This document shows positions 19,094 to 30,220 of a stretch of DNA of 51,232 bases, piece by piece. Each line of letters begins with the position of its first letter. The stretch's first letter is position 1. The stretch comes from Gemmatimonadota bacterium (GTDB lineage: Bacteria; Gemmatimonadota; Gemmatimonadetes; Gemmatimonadales; GWC2-71-9). The notes beneath the pieces were generated by a model that saw nothing but the letters and a program-made list of their open reading frames with translations, ran no database searches and had not been told where the DNA came from. Both the position numbers and the translations under genes were made by a program. The stretch spans positions 1 through 51,232 of the forward strand of contig JAABRY010000011.1 of the NCBI GenBank assembly GCA_011390645.1. The letters run 5' to 3'.

Positions 19094-20230
19094 TCAGATG
19101 GGCTTTGTGGCGGTGATGACCCCGGTCCGGATGGGTGATCGGACCGGATGAATACGGATATTGGCGAAGCCGGCCCGCACCAGCATCCCAGCAAGCTCGG
19201 CGGGCGTTCGGGCCCGTCCGCTGCCCATGGCCAGGAGATAAAGCGCGAAATAGGCCTCGCCCACCGCTTCGGCTCCCGGGATGCCAGCCATCGGCTCGAC
19301 GACGAGAACCCGCCCTCCGGGTGGGAGGACATCGTGGACCCGGCGCAGCAACCCCTCGACCGGTTCGTCGTCGTGATCGTGCAGCACCCGGACCAGCGAC
19401 ACCAGATCGGCGCCTGTGGGCAGCGGGCCACGGAAGAAATCCCCCCCCGTTACCGTCAGCCGTCCGCCCAGTCCCGCCTCGGTGAGGTGGGCTTCCCCTC
19501 GCGCCGCCACGGCGGGCAGATCAAAGAGGTGGAGCTGGAGCGCTGGCGCCCGAGCGGCCGCTTCGCGCAGGAAGACCCCCTCCCCCCCCCCGAGGTCGAG
19601 CAGCCGACGGTGCCGGGCGACGTCATAGGCCGCCAGCGCCTCCGCCGCAACCTGGGGTTGCGAGGCAGCCATCACCGCGCTGTAGGCTGCGGCCGCGTCG
19701 GCGGGCACGGCATCGGGGGTGGCGTTCAGCGCATACGGCCAGAAGCGCGCGAGCGCGGTATCGTCCCGGCGGCCAGCGCGCAGGAGGGCCACGGGATCGG
19801 CGAGGTCACGATAGAGCAGCAGGTTGTGCTCGAAGAGCACGCGGAAGTCCTCCCGGCCCACGAGCGCCATGCCGAGGGGGCCGATGTCCCAGCGACCATC
19901 GCGCCGGTGGCGGAGCAGATCAAGGGCACCGGCGGCCGAGAGCAAGCGATCGGTTGAATCAGTCGGCAGCTCCAGCGCGGCCGCGATGGCGTCGGCCGAC
20001 TGCGGACCGTCGGCGAGGTGCTCGAGCAGCCGCAACCGCATCACGGCGAGGAGCACCTGCGAATAGACGAAGCCGGCACAGAGATCAAAGACCCGGCGCG
20101 AGGCCCGCCGGGCGAACGGTCGCGTGAGCGGAAATGCGCTGGCCCACGCCTGCCAGCGGGCCGAGGAGACCCAGCCGAGGATCCGCGCACGCCACGCCCC
20201 GCTGGCCGGAAGCGCCGGTCCGCGCGTCAC
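19094..20230 (-). CDS. crtF: Hydroxyneurosporene-type carotenoid O-methyltransferase
   Basis: WASAFPLTRP, FDLCAGFVYSQVL, LLYRDLADPVALLR, LLDLGGGEG, LVRVLHDHDD, YLLAMGSGRART; GTG 20230 overlaps the upstream stop. Confidence 0.93.
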   Translation of the reverse strand: MTRGPALPASGAWRARILGWVSSARWQAWASAFPLTRPFARRASRRVFDLCAGFVYSQVLLAVMRLRLLEHLADGPQSADAIAAALELPTDSTDRLLSAAGALDLLRHRRDGRWDIGPLGMALVGREDFRVLFEHNLLLYRDLADPVALLRAGRRDDTALARFWPYALNATPDAVPADAAAAYSAVMAASQPQVAAEALAAYDVARHRRLLDLGGGEGVFLREAAARAPALQLHLFDLPAVAARGEAHLTEAGLGGRLTVTGGDFFRGPLPTGADLVSLVRVLHDHDDEPVEGLLRRVHDVLPPGGRVLVVEPMAGIPGAEAVGEAYFALYLLAMGSGRARTPAELAGMLVRAGFANIRIHPVRSPIRTGVITATKPI

Positions 20231-21090
20231 TCGACAGCGGCCACGGCGCCCGCCCCCGCGCGGTGCCGGCGCGCCCACGTGATCAGCGTCGGGACCACGG
20301 CGAAGCAGGCCATCGCTCCCCCCCCCACGATCGCCGCGCCGTAGAGCTCGTATCGCACCGCCATCGCGAGGGGCAACAATCCGTTGACCAGGTAGATGAG
20401 GTCCGGTTGGCGCGACTCCGCGATGCGTGCCAGTGACGTCCCGGTCGCGCGGTGCAGCATCCAGCCGATGAGCGGCCCGATCGTCGCCCACGCGAACCAA
20501 TTGGCAATCGGCATTCCATGCCACGTGCCACCCTCGCGCCAGATCCAGAACGGATAGGCCGCGCTCATCGCGGGTTCGAGCAGGACATCGTAGGCCAGCA
20601 AGCCGACCGTCGCCAGAATCGCCGTACCGCGCCAACCGAGGCCGGCCCGCAACGCGAGCCCGGTGGTCGCGTACAACATGAGGAACCAGGACAGCGGAAT
20701 CGTGAACGGCACGAGCCCGAAGACGCGCCATCCCAGATCGCCCCCGTAGGCATGCTCGCCGAACGGCAGGCCGGTGGCAGCACCGATCAACTCGATCGTG
20801 AGCGTGAACCCCACGACCCAACCGGCAGCACGGAGTGCGGCCCGACGCCCAGCGGCATCCCAGAGGGCGAACAACGCGCCGAAGAAGCCAAGCACGAGGA
20901 CCAGGGCCCCCATGTATGTCATCCCCCATTGGTAGGAGGCGCGCCACCAATCGGGGTCGGCGGTCGTGGGAATCGGCCGCCCGATCATCACCGCGAACGC
21001 TCCGATGCTGACCAGCGTGAGGAAGGCATGGATCGCAGTCGCGACCCACCCCCACCGTGCTGCATCGAACCGCGGACTCTCATGACGCAT
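20227..21090 (-). CDS. cruF: CruF-family carotenoid 1,2-hydratase (Caroten_synth/DUF422)
   Basis: ELIGAATGLPFGEHAY, LGWRVFGLVPFTIPLSWF, AYDVLLEPAM, FWIW..G.WHGMPIANWFAW; multi-TM. Confidence 0.82.
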   Translation of the reverse strand: MRHESPRFDAARWGWVATAIHAFLTLVSIGAFAVMIGRPIPTTADPDWWRASYQWGMTYMGALVLVLGFFGALFALWDAAGRRAALRAAGWVVGFTLTIELIGAATGLPFGEHAYGGDLGWRVFGLVPFTIPLSWFLMLYATTGLALRAGLGWRGTAILATVGLLAYDVLLEPAMSAAYPFWIWREGGTWHGMPIANWFAWATIGPLIGWMLHRATGTSLARIAESRQPDLIYLVNGLLPLAMAVRYELYGAAIVGGGAMACFAVVPTLITWARRHRAGAGAVAAVE

Positions 21091-21092
21091 GT

Positions 21093-21890
21093 TCACCCTC
21101 CACGCAGTCGCAGGAAGACGTCCCACAAGGGGAGATTGTCGGGGATGGCCAGCACCGCATACTCGATCGCCGCCAGCACGACGAGCACCGACAGCAGCGC
21201 CAAGCGCCAGCGCTCGAACCGTGTCCCGGCTCGTCGCGCCCCGCGGATCAGCCAGACCGCCGCTACCGCCGCCCCCGCGATCGACACCAGCAGGAACGGA
21301 TGCAGTCGCGTCGGCCCGAAGAACGCCGTCAGGAATGCGAGCCGGGGCGGGAGGAAGTGAATCCCGTTGTTGACGACCCCGACAAACACATTCACCTTGG
21401 CGACCTGCTGCACCACCCAGAAGAGGCCGAGGGTCTGCCACGCCAACGGATTGCGGCCAGGGACCAGATACAAGGCGCCGATCGTTGCGAGAGCCAGCAA
21501 GTCGTGCCACCCCGTCGCGACGGCGGCCCGCAACGCGAGCGGGATGGACGGCGCCTGTCCGAGTTCAGGCGGCACCGGCACGCTCGGGCCGACCACCACC
21601 CCCGCGTAGAGCAGGGCTGACACCCACAACCAGGCGAGCGAACCGACGCCGAACCCGAGCAGCGCGCCGCGCGGCGACGTGTCGTCGCGGACTCGCACCG
21701 CCATCACCCCAGCCAGCACCATCAGCCAGGTCGCGACGAGGACACCGATCAGGCGTGTGGTGTCATTGCGTTCCACCGCGACGATTGCCCCCGTCGCCAG
21801 CCACCAGAACAGCAGCACCAGCACCACCGCGCCGGCCAGCCCTCCATTCGCGCGTGCGGGGGCGCCGGGCGCCGGCATCGTGATCGTCAT
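21093..21890 (-). CDS. puhE: Putative photosynthetic complex assembly protein PuhE (DUF3623)
   Basis: FWWLATGAI, VAKVNVFVGVVN..IHFLPPRLAFL..FF, LAAIEY.VLAIP...PLW. Confidence 0.78.
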   Translation of the reverse strand: MTITMPAPGAPARANGGLAGAVVLVLLFWWLATGAIVAVERNDTTRLIGVLVATWLMVLAGVMAVRVRDDTSPRGALLGFGVGSLAWLWVSALLYAGVVVGPSVPVPPELGQAPSIPLALRAAVATGWHDLLALATIGALYLVPGRNPLAWQTLGLFWVVQQVAKVNVFVGVVNNGIHFLPPRLAFLTAFFGPTRLHPFLLVSIAGAAVAAVWLIRGARRAGTRFERWRLALLSVLVVLAAIEYAVLAIPDNLPLWDVFLRLRGG

Positions 21891-21894
21891 CGGG

Positions 21895-23613
21895 TCACGC
21901 GGCATCACGCGCCAGGGTGGCCACGCGGGTGATCGCAGCGGCATCCGCGATCGGCAATGGGAGGTAGCGCAGGCCCATCGTGTCGGCGATCTCCTGCGCC
22001 ACCGCACTCGGCCGGGGTCCGATGTCGAGCCACGCGCCCTCGACACGGTCCGCTCGGAGCCGTCGCGCCACCCCGAGGGCCTCTGCGTGCGCCACCGGGC
22101 GGCCGCCGGTTCCGGCGCGTGTCACATTGGCGCGACCATCGCTGAGGATCAGCACGACCGGCCTCCCTCCCGCTCGTCGGACCTGCCGCTGCACCTCGGC
22201 AATGCAATCCAGCGCGGCCGCCAGCGGTGTCCCCCCCCCACCGGGAAGGCCGGCGAGCGCGCGTTTGGCCCGGGCCAGCGCACGCGTGGGCGGCAAGACC
22301 ACTTCCGCCCCCGCGCCGCGGAAGGTCACCATCGCGACGGCATCGCGGCGCACATAGCTCGCGGCGAGCAACTGCTCTGCCGCACCCTTCGCTTCGTTGA
22401 GTCGGTTGAGCGCAGTGCTGCCGGAGGCGTCCACCACGAGAATCGTTGTCGTGGCCGACGGCCGCCAGCGCCGCTGGATCCGGAAGTCGTCGGGCCGTAC
22501 GGCCAGCGCACCGCCGCCCGGCGCGGCGCCCCGCAACCGCTGCCACGGCACGGCCGCGCGAATCGTTGCCAGCAGGTCAAGTCGTGCGCCACGCCGCGGA
22601 TCGCCGCGCCGGGTGCCCACCCGACGACCGCGAGGCCCCTCGGTGGATGCGTCGCCCTGTCTCCCCCCCCCACGCGCACCGGCGGCCCCAGCCGCAAGGA
22701 GCGCCAGGAGGTCGGGGGGAATGGCCGCCGTCGCGGCGTCCACGACGCGCTCTGCCAGCTCGCGCTCTTCCTCGGCGCCGGGCGGCTCCGCCGCCTGGTC
22801 CGACTCCGACGAGGGGGGGGGAGGTTCCGGCGGCGGGGGCGCCTCGTCCTCCGGCGGCAGCGGCAGCCGGGTGGCCCGTGGCCCGAGGACCAGCGCCGCG
22901 GCGGCGGCGAGGTCGTCGCCGTTGGCCAGGTCGCGGCCCGCAAGCGCGGCATGCGCACGCGCAGCCCGCATGGCAAAGCTTGCCGCTCGCAACGACGCCA
23001 CCCCAAGGGAGGCGGCGGCCGCGACCAGCGCGGACACGGCGTCGGGTGGCAGGTGCACCCCGGGCAGACGCTCTCGCGCCGCGGCCACCTCACCAATGGA
23101 CGGCGCATCCGCCACGGGATCTGCGGCGCCGGGGGGAAGGCGGAGATCGAATGCGACGCGATCGGCCAGTGACGCCGCAACTGACGGCTCATCGGGCTCC
23201 GCTTCGTCCAGCAGGAGAAGCGCGCACGCGGCGGGGCGCACGGCACTGACCCCGTCGCGCTCGGTACGCACCGAACGGGTGTCCATCACCTGCGTCAACA
23301 GCCCCACGGCCTCGGTCGAGAGCCGCTCGGCCATGGGGATGACCAGGGCGCCCTCATGCGCGAGCGCGGGAAGCCCGGGTTCAAGCACCGGGCGACCAGT
23401 CACCAGCGTGGCCGACAGGTCGAGTCCCCCCCCCAATCGTTCGGCCGCGATCCCGGGAGGGACGCGGCGCACCCGGTGCGGCGCGGCCAGTCGTGAGGTG
23501 ACGGCATGGACCCACGCCCGGGCCGCCGGCGTGTGCCCCCCCCGAAGCACGGCGCCGCCGAGCCCCACGGGATCGACGGCGAGGAGGCCCGCGGCGAGGC
23601 CGAGCGAGGTCAC
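21895..23613 (-). CDS. bchD: Magnesium chelatase subunit D
   Basis: [31 protein letters not shown], Pro/Glu linker, v[31 protein letters not shown]; GTGA overlap with bchI. Confidence 0.95.
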   Translation of the reverse strand: MTSLGLAAGLLAVDPVGLGGAVLRGGHTPAARAWVHAVTSRLAAPHRVRRVPPGIAAERLGGGLDLSATLVTGRPVLEPGLPALAHEGALVIPMAERLSTEAVGLLTQVMDTRSVRTERDGVSAVRPAACALLLLDEAEPDEPSVAASLADRVAFDLRLPPGAADPVADAPSIGEVAAARERLPGVHLPPDAVSALVAAAASLGVASLRAASFAMRAARAHAALAGRDLANGDDLAAAAALVLGPRATRLPLPPEDEAPPPPEPPPPSSESDQAAEPPGAEEERELAERVVDAATAAIPPDLLALLAAGAAGARGGGRQGDASTEGPRGRRVGTRRGDPRRGARLDLLATIRAAVPWQRLRGAAPGGGALAVRPDDFRIQRRWRPSATTTILVVDASGSTALNRLNEAKGAAEQLLAASYVRRDAVAMVTFRGAGAEVVLPPTRALARAKRALAGLPGGGGTPLAAALDCIAEVQRQVRRAGGRPVVLILSDGRANVTRAGTGGRPVAHAEALGVARRLRADRVEGAWLDIGPRPSAVAQEIADTMGLRYLPLPIADAAAITRVATLARDAA

Positions 23614-24653
23614 GCCGCGGCAGTGGGCGCGGGGAGCGTGGCCAGGGCACGGCCGACGCGTGCGCCCGCCGTCGCCTCGTCGAGCGGATCGCGGCGGAGT
23701 CGATGCCGGAGCGCCAGCGGTGCAACGCGCGCGAGCAGCGCATCGTCCGGCTCCGCAATGCCATCCAGCGCGGCCAGCGCGCGCATCGCGCGGAAGAGGG
23801 TCAACTCGCCCCGGAGGCCATCGGTGCCCAGCGCCACGCACAGCGCACTCGCGCGCTCGAGCAACGGCATCGGAAGTTCGACCAAGGGCAAACGGGCTCG
23901 CGCTGTGCGCACCTGATCCTGCAGCGCCGCGTCGGCCGCATGCCACAGCGCGGCGAACCCCTCCGGATCGCGATCGAACGCATCGCGACGCCGCACGATC
24001 TCGATCCGCTCTGCCACCTCCGCGGGCGTGCTCACCTCCACCGCGAGCCCGAACCGATCGAGCAACTGGGGCCGCAGATCGCCTTCTTCGGGATTGCCGG
24101 AACCGACGAGCACGAAGCGCGCAGGGTGACGCAGCGACAGTCCTTCACGCTCGACGACGTTCTCCCCACTGGCTGCCACGTCAAGCAGGAGGTCCACGAG
24201 GTGGTCCTCCAGCAGGTTCACCTCATCGATATAGAGGAAGCCGCGGTGCGCACGGGCCAGCAAGCCGGGTTCAAAGACCTTCTCACCGCGTGTCAGGGCC
24301 CGTTCAAGATCGAGTGCGCCGACGATGCGGTCCTCGGTGGCCCCGAGCGGCAGGTCCACGACGGGTACCGGACGCTCGATCGTCGGGATCGCCTCACCCT
24401 CGGCATGGCGCCGGCGACAGCCCTCGCACCACTCACCCTGCCCTGCAGCCGGATCGCACCCGAACGCGCATCCTGCGTGGGCGGGAAGCGTCGGGAGCAG
24501 TGCCGGCAGGGCGCGCACGGCCGTCGACTTTCCCGTCCCGCGATCACCGAACACCATGACACCACCAAGCGCCGGCTCCACTGCGGTGAGCAGGAGAGCC
24601 AGTTTCATCTCGTCCTGGCCGACGATCGCGCTAAAGGGATAGACTATTCGCAT
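23610..24653 (-). CDS. bchI: Magnesium chelatase ATPase subunit I
   Basis: [74 protein letters not shown]; start ATG 24653. Confidence 0.98.
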   Translation of the reverse strand: MRIVYPFSAIVGQDEMKLALLLTAVEPALGGVMVFGDRGTGKSTAVRALPALLPTLPAHAGCAFGCDPAAGQGEWCEGCRRRHAEGEAIPTIERPVPVVDLPLGATEDRIVGALDLERALTRGEKVFEPGLLARAHRGFLYIDEVNLLEDHLVDLLLDVAASGENVVEREGLSLRHPARFVLVGSGNPEEGDLRPQLLDRFGLAVEVSTPAEVAERIEIVRRRDAFDRDPEGFAALWHAADAALQDQVRTARARLPLVELPMPLLERASALCVALGTDGLRGELTLFRAMRALAALDGIAEPDDALLARVAPLALRHRLRRDPLDEATAGARVGRALATLPAPTAAA

Positions 24654-24671
24654 TGTCACGTTGGGTTGACA
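24654..24671 (-). promoter_or_regulatory. PpsR/CrtJ palindrome directly abutting the bchI start codon
   Basis: TGT-CACGTTGGGTTG-ACA; an imperfect half-site ends at 24693. Confidence 0.7.
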
Positions 24672-24771
24672 CACGGAAACATCACGCGTTACACGAGCAC
24701 GCGCAAGAGAGTGCGGCGGGATCGGTCATCACTGCAGACCAACCCCGCCGCGCGCAACGGTCAGTGCGGCC

Positions 24772-27525
24772 TCACGGCGTGGCTGGCTCTGTCACCTTCG
24801 GCCGGAAATCACCGGCCTTCACGATCGCCAGGGCGTCGGGATCGAGGTAACGCGCCACGACCGCCTGCAATTCGGCCGGTGACAAGGCCGCAACGGCTGC
24901 TTCAAGTTCGGTGTCGCTCGCGAACGTGCGCCCCAGAAACAGATTCGAGGCCAGCCGACTGGCCACCACCTGGTCGTTCGCGCGTCCCTGCTTCCGTGAC
25001 TCGATCCACCCCTGCTTGGCGCTGGCCACCTCTGCTGCCGTGAAGCCGTCACGCGCCGCCCGGACCAGCTCCTCCTTCAGGGCCGCCTCGAGCTTGTCGC
25101 GGTTTTCCGGCGCATAGATGGCATAGCTCATCCAGTTGGCCACCGTGTCGATGGGCGCGGCCTGGAACATCGACCCGACGCCGTAGCTCAGCCCCTCCTG
25201 CTGACGAATCCGGGTGGCAAGCCGCGAGTTGAGGAAGCCGCCGCCCAGGATGAAATCGGCCAGCACCAGCGCGGGATAGTCGTCGGTCCCGTCGTTGAGC
25301 GGCAAGACCCGGCCGGCCACCAACATCGCGTTGGCCTTGTCCGGTGTCTCCAGCGTGACGTCGAGCGGCGCGTTGGTACGCGTCGGTTCCGCGATGCGCG
25401 CGTACGCCACCGGGCTCTCCCACCCCGCCAGCCCGGCCTCCATCAACTGCGCGACCGCATCGGGATCCAGATCCCCAACCACACCGATCTCGCCACGGGA
25501 GGCACCGTAGAACTCCGCGTGAAAGCGACGCAGGTCGTTGAGCGAGGTGGCCCGGAGTTCGTCGAGCGACTCATCGAGCGTGCCCACGTAGCGGGGGTGC
25601 CCCTTCGGGTACGGCGACAAATGCCGCTGCAATGTCATCACCGCCTGCATCTGCGGCTCGGACCGCTGGCTCTCCATCCCGGTGATCCGTTCGGTGCGCA
25701 GCAACTCGAATTCGGTCGAATCGAATCGCGGTTCGCGCAACATCTCGAACGCCAGCGCGAGCGCCTCTGCGAACTGGGCCTTCTTCGCCGTGATGCTCAC
25801 GGATGCCGTCGTGGGACCACCGCTGACGCTGACCTGCGCCTGCAGGCGATTCAATTCATCGCGGATCTCCTGGCGCGTGCGCTGCGTGGTGCCACGCATC
25901 AACATGGCGCCAGTCAGGCTGGGGGCAGCGCCCTTGTTCATGAGCGCCTGCTCGTTGCCGAAGCGCAGGGAGATCGTCGCCATCACTTGCTCGCCGCGCG
26001 TCTCCTTCGGGAGCACCGCGAGGCGCAGGCCGCCGGCGAGTTGCCGCACCACGGTCCGCGCATCGAGCACCTCAGGCGTCGCCTCGAACGCCTCGCCCGC
26101 CACCATCGCGGTATCACCGACGTACCCCTCCACCATCGCCATGATATCGGGCTCCGGCGGCAGGGTCACGCGATCGGGGGTCGGGGTCGGCAGAAAGATG
26201 CCGACCGTCCGATTGTCGGGCTTGAAGTAGGTCGAGGCCACCCGGACGACGTCGTCCGTGGTCACGGCGCGAATCCGGTCGCGATGCAGGTACATCAGGC
26301 GCCAATCACCCATCGCCGCCCACTCCGTGAGCGCGAGGCCGATCTGAGCCGAGTTGGTCATCTGCAACTCGATGTTGCGCAACAACGCAGCGCGTCCACG
26401 TGCCACTTCTTCATCGGTCGGCGGTTGGTCCCCGCGCACCATGTCCATCGCCTCGAGGATCGCGTCGCGTGCAGCTTCGGGATCGGCATCCTTCGGCATG
26501 CTGCCCCTCACCAGCATCAGACCCGGCTCCCGCAACTGGAAGGGGAACGCCCCGACGTTGCTCATCAGCTTCGGCTCGACTGCCGCCTTGTACAGGCGAC
26601 CGGACGAGGGGGCAGACAAGACGTCCGCAAGGACTTCCAGCGCGGCGTGATCGGGGTGTGCGCCATGCGGGATGTGCCAGGCCATGGCCAGCGACGGCGT
26701 GTCGCCGACGCGCCGAAGCGTCACGGTGCGCTCACCATCCTGCACCGGATCGAGCGTGTAGGTCGGGTAGAGCGTGTTGGCGCCCTCGCGCACCGGGCGC
26801 GGGATCGGGGCGAAGTGCTCCTGGATCAGCTCCAGGGCCCGCGCCGGTTCGAACTTGCCTGCCACCACCAGCATCGCGTTGTCGGGCTGGTAAAACTTCC
26901 GGTAGAAGGCCTGCAGCCGCTCGATCGGCACGTTCTCGAGATCCGCGCGCGACCCGATCGTGCTCTTCCCGTAGTTGTGCCAGAGATACGCGGTCGACAT
27001 CACGCGCTCCATCAGCACGCCGCTGGGATTGTTTTCGCCGGCCTCGAACTCGTTCCGCACCACCGTCATCTCGCTGTCGAGGTCCTTCTTGGCGATGTAG
27101 GAGTTCACCATCCGGTCCGCTTCCAGCTCGAGCGCCCAGGCGAGGTTGTCGTCACTCGCCGGGAAGGTTTCGTAGTAGTTGGTGCGGTCATACCAGGTCG
27201 TGCCGTTCGGATTCGCGCCCCGCTCGGTCAGCTCCTGCATGATGTTGGGATGCTTCGGTGTCCCCTTGAAGACGAGGTGCTCGAGCAAGTGCGCCATCCC
27301 CGTCTCCCCGTACCCCTCGTGACGCGATCCCACGAAGTAGGTGATGTTCACCGTGGTCGTGGCCTTCGACGCGTCCGGGAAGAGGAGCACCTTGAGCCCA
27401 TTGGCGAGGGTGTATTCGGTGATCCCCTCCACCGTGGCCCCGCGCACCGGCGGCGTGGGCGCCTGAGCGACCAGCGGTGCACTCCCGACGACCAGCGCAA
27501 GTGCCAACCAGAATCGAATGCGCAT
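24772..27525 (-). CDS. Exported M16 family (pitrilysin/insulinase-like) zinc protease
   Basis: Signal peptide; GMAHLLEHL (HXXEH), NGTTWYDRTNY, VVRNE, RLATRIRQQEGLSYG. Confidence 0.95.
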   Translation of the reverse strand: MRIRFWLALALVVGSAPLVAQAPTPPVRGATVEGITEYTLANGLKVLLFPDASKATTTVNITYFVGSRHEGYGETGMAHLLEHLVFKGTPKHPNIMQELTERGANPNGTTWYDRTNYYETFPASDDNLAWALELEADRMVNSYIAKKDLDSEMTVVRNEFEAGENNPSGVLMERVMSTAYLWHNYGKSTIGSRADLENVPIERLQAFYRKFYQPDNAMLVVAGKFEPARALELIQEHFAPIPRPVREGANTLYPTYTLDPVQDGERTVTLRRVGDTPSLAMAWHIPHGAHPDHAALEVLADVLSAPSSGRLYKAAVEPKLMSNVGAFPFQLREPGLMLVRGSMPKDADPEAARDAILEAMDMVRGDQPPTDEEVARGRAALLRNIELQMTNSAQIGLALTEWAAMGDWRLMYLHRDRIRAVTTDDVVRVASTYFKPDNRTVGIFLPTPTPDRVTLPPEPDIMAMVEGYVGDTAMVAGEAFEATPEVLDARTVVRQLAGGLRLAVLPKETRGEQVMATISLRFGNEQALMNKGAAPSLTGAMLMRGTTQRTRQEIRDELNRLQAQVSVSGGPTTASVSITAKKAQFAEALALAFEMLREPRFDSTEFELLRTERITGMESQRSEPQMQAVMTLQRHLSPYPKGHPRYVGTLDESLDELRATSLNDLRRFHAEFYGASRGEIGVVGDLDPDAVAQLMEAGLAGWESPVAYARIAEPTRTNAPLDVTLETPDKANAMLVAGRVLPLNDGTDDYPALVLADFILGGGFLNSRLATRIRQQEGLSYGVGSMFQAAPIDTVANWMSYAIYAPENRDKLEAALKEELVRAARDGFTAAEVASAKQGWIESRKQGRANDQVVASRLASNLFLGRTFASDTELEAAVAALSPAELQAVVARYLDPDALAIVKAGDFRPKVTEPATP

Positions 27526-27566
27526 CTCCGCACCTTCTTTCGTCACAATGGAAGAATCCTGCGTGA

Positions 27567-28937
27567 TCAGTTCCAGCCCATGCGTGTCGCGAGGCGATCC
27601 ACCGCACGGACACCCCCGAGCATCGCATCCCCCACCGACAAGCCGTCGTGCCAGTTGCCGGCGAACGCCACCCTCGGCTCGGCGGCCTCGACCGCGGCGG
27701 CGGCGGCCAGGCGCTCACCATGCCCAGCCACCGCCTGCGGCAGTGCGTCCGTCCAGCGCGCCTCGTGCCGAAAGACCGGCTCGCCACGGACCCCCAACAG
27801 CGACGCCAACTCCGAGCGCACGATCCGCTCCAACGCCTCTGGCGACTCGGTCACGAGTTCCGGTCGACGCATCCCCCCGACAAACGAGGTCAGCAAGACG
27901 TGGCCGTCGGGAGCGCGGTTCGCAAAGATCGCTGAAGGAAAAAGTACTCCAAGGACCGCCCGACGCTCGCCAGAGGGGGCCAGCACGCCGAACCCATCAA
28001 TGGGATGGGCCACATCCTCGCGCCGGAAGCCGAGGGAAAGCGACACCAGCGTGGCATGAGGCATCGCGGCCGTGGTGGTGAGCCCATCACCACCTGGCAA
28101 CGCGCCAGCCACGCGGACGAGCGCCGGCGCGGGCACCGCGAGGATGACGGCGTCCACCGACATCTCGTCCCCCCCCCACGCGACCACCAGCCCACCCGCT
28201 GAGCTCCGGACGGTCGCTTCGGCACCGAGCCGCACGCGATCACCAAGATGGCGTCCGACCGTGGCGGGGATCTCGGAGAGCCCATCAGGGCACGACCACA
28301 ACCCGAGCGAGGGGGTGCCCTTCCGCCCTGCAGCACGCGCCGCACTCGCGGCACGGCGCGCGCCCTTGAGGACCGAGCCGCCCAGCTGCTCGTATTCCAG
28401 CAACTTCGGAAACGCATAGCGCATCAGCAAGTGCTTCGGGTCCGCACCGCTCGTCCCGGCCAGCAGCGGATCGAAGAAGCGCTCGGCGATCTCGTCGCCG
28501 AATCGACGCCGTGCGAAGTCGTCGACCGTCTCCTGCGCGTCGGGTGCGGACGCCGCGATGAAGGGTTCCTTCAGCAGTCGCAGCCGACCCGACACCGAGA
28601 CCAAGGGCGTGGAGAGGAGTTCACTCGCCGACCCGGGGACCGGCGTGGGCACCCCACCGTGCACGATGTAGCGTCGCTTGGCAGCGCTTCCCGGGCGGAC
28701 GACACGATCGGCGAGGCCTGCGCGATCGAGCAGCTCACGCACGATCGGATCGGGTTCCATCACCGTGTTCGGGCCCACCTCGGCGAGCCACGCTCCCTCA
28801 CGCACGGTGCGGATCACGCCACCGAGGGCGCCGCTGGCCTCAAGCAGCACCACGTCCGCGCCGCGTTCAACGGCACGCAGCGCGGCCAGCATCCCGGCGG
28901 CGCCACCGCCGATCACCGCAACGCGGGGCGCGTTCAC
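27567..28937 (-). CDS. hemY: FAD-dependent HemY-type protoporphyrinogen/coproporphyrinogen oxidase
   Basis: [39 protein letters not shown]...GH; GTGA overlap with hemL. Confidence 0.9.
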   Translation of the reverse strand: MNAPRVAVIGGGAAGMLAALRAVERGADVVLLEASGALGGVIRTVREGAWLAEVGPNTVMEPDPIVRELLDRAGLADRVVRPGSAAKRRYIVHGGVPTPVPGSASELLSTPLVSVSGRLRLLKEPFIAASAPDAQETVDDFARRRFGDEIAERFFDPLLAGTSGADPKHLLMRYAFPKLLEYEQLGGSVLKGARRAASAARAAGRKGTPSLGLWSCPDGLSEIPATVGRHLGDRVRLGAEATVRSSAGGLVVAWGGDEMSVDAVILAVPAPALVRVAGALPGGDGLTTTAAMPHATLVSLSLGFRREDVAHPIDGFGVLAPSGERRAVLGVLFPSAIFANRAPDGHVLLTSFVGGMRRPELVTESPEALERIVRSELASLLGVRGEPVFRHEARWTDALPQAVAGHGERLAAAAAVEAAEPRVAFAGNWHDGLSVGDAMLGGVRAVDRLATRMGWN

Positions 28938-30220
28938 ACCACCCGGAATGCCGCGCGCGCGGCGGTGAGGACCCGATCCAGTTCGGTCGGACCATGCACG
29001 GCGGAGGTGAAACCTGCCTCGAAGGCTGACGGCGGGAGGTACACACCAGCGTCGAGCATGGCATGGAAGAACCGCCCGAACGCCTTGGCGTCGGTCGCCT
29101 TGGCACTCGCGTAGTCCGTCACCGGCGCATCCGTGAAGAAGGCGGTGAACATCGTCCCCACCCGTTGCACCGTGAGCGGCACACCTGCCGCCGCCGCTTC
29201 GCTCCGCAGACCGTCGGCCGCCTCCGCCGCGAAGCGCTCGGCGCGGGCCCATGCGTCAGAGGTGGCCAGCACCTCCAGCATGGCGAGACCGGCCGCCATC
29301 GCGAGCGGATTGCCGGACAGGGTTCCGGCCTGGTAGACGTCACCCGATGGAGCCACCCGGGACATCAGGTCGCGCCGCCCGCCATACGCAGCCGCTGGCA
29401 GGCCACCCCCGATCACCTTGCCGAGGCAGGTGAGGTCCGGATGCACGTCGTACAGCACCTGCGCGCCGACCGGATGGACGCGCCATCCGGTCATCACCTC
29501 GTCGAAGACGAGCAGGGCACGGTGATCGTCGGCGATCGTGCGCAGGCCAGCGAGAAACCCCGGGGCCGGCGGCACGAGACCCATGTTTCCCGCGACGGGC
29601 TCGACGAGAATGGCGGCGATCTCCCCCCCCCGCGCCTCGAAGGCCGCCGCGACGGCAGCGAGATCGTTGTAGGGCACCACGATCGTGTCCGCCGTGGTCG
29701 CTGGCGTGACGCCAGCAGAATCGGGCAGGCCGAGTGTCGCGACCCCGCTGCCTGCCGCGGCAAGCAGCGCATCGGCATGTCCATGATAGCAGCCGTCGAA
29801 CTTGAGGATGGCCCGTCGACCGGTGGCCGCACGCGCGAGGCGGACGACACTCATGCCGGCTTCGGTTCCGGACGAGACGAAACGCACCATCTCGAGCGAC
29901 GGGAAGAGTGCGATGACGCGTTCAGCGAGTACCACTTCTGCCTCAGTGGGGGCCCCGTAGGTGGTGCCGAGGCCGGCTGCGGTCCGCACCGCCTCGACGA
30001 TCGCGGGATGGGCGTGGCCCAACAGCAATGGCCCCCAGGAGCAGACGAGGTCCACCAACTCATTGCCGTCGGCATCCACCAGATAGGGGCCGTGCCCACG
30101 TGCCATGAACCGGGGCGAGCCGCCCACCGACCGGAACGCGCGCACTGGCGAGTTGACGCCGCCGGGTAGCGACTGCACGGCCCGGGCGAAGAGACGTTCG
30201 GACTCCTCGGAGCGGCTCAC
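28934..30220 (-). CDS. hemL: Glutamate-1-semialdehyde 2,1-aminomutase
   Basis: [61 protein letters not shown]. Confidence 0.98.
   Translation of the reverse strand: MSRSEESERLFARAVQSLPGGVNSPVRAFRSVGGSPRFMARGHGPYLVDADGNELVDLVCSWGPLLLGHAHPAIVEAVRTAAGLGTTYGAPTEAEVVLAERVIALFPSLEMVRFVSSGTEAGMSVVRLARAATGRRAILKFDGCYHGHADALLAAAGSGVATLGLPDSAGVTPATTADTIVVPYNDLAAVAAAFEARGGEIAAILVEPVAGNMGLVPPAPGFLAGLRTIADDHRALLVFDEVMTGWRVHPVGAQVLYDVHPDLTCLGKVIGGGLPAAAYGGRRDLMSRVAPSGDVYQAGTLSGNPLAMAAGLAMLEVLATSDAWARAERFAAEAADGLRSEAAAAGVPLTVQRVGTMFTAFFTDAPVTDYASAKATDAKAFGRFFHAMLDAGVYLPPSAFEAGFTSAVHGPTELDRVLTAARAAFRVV

Noticed and set aside
19094-21055. 653-aa fusion ORF containing crtF
   Set aside because: The N-terminal part is an off-frame overlap of cruF; the real start is the coupled GTG at 20230. 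The same applies to the over-extended starts of bchD, bchY, hemY, hemL, hemB, actE and actF
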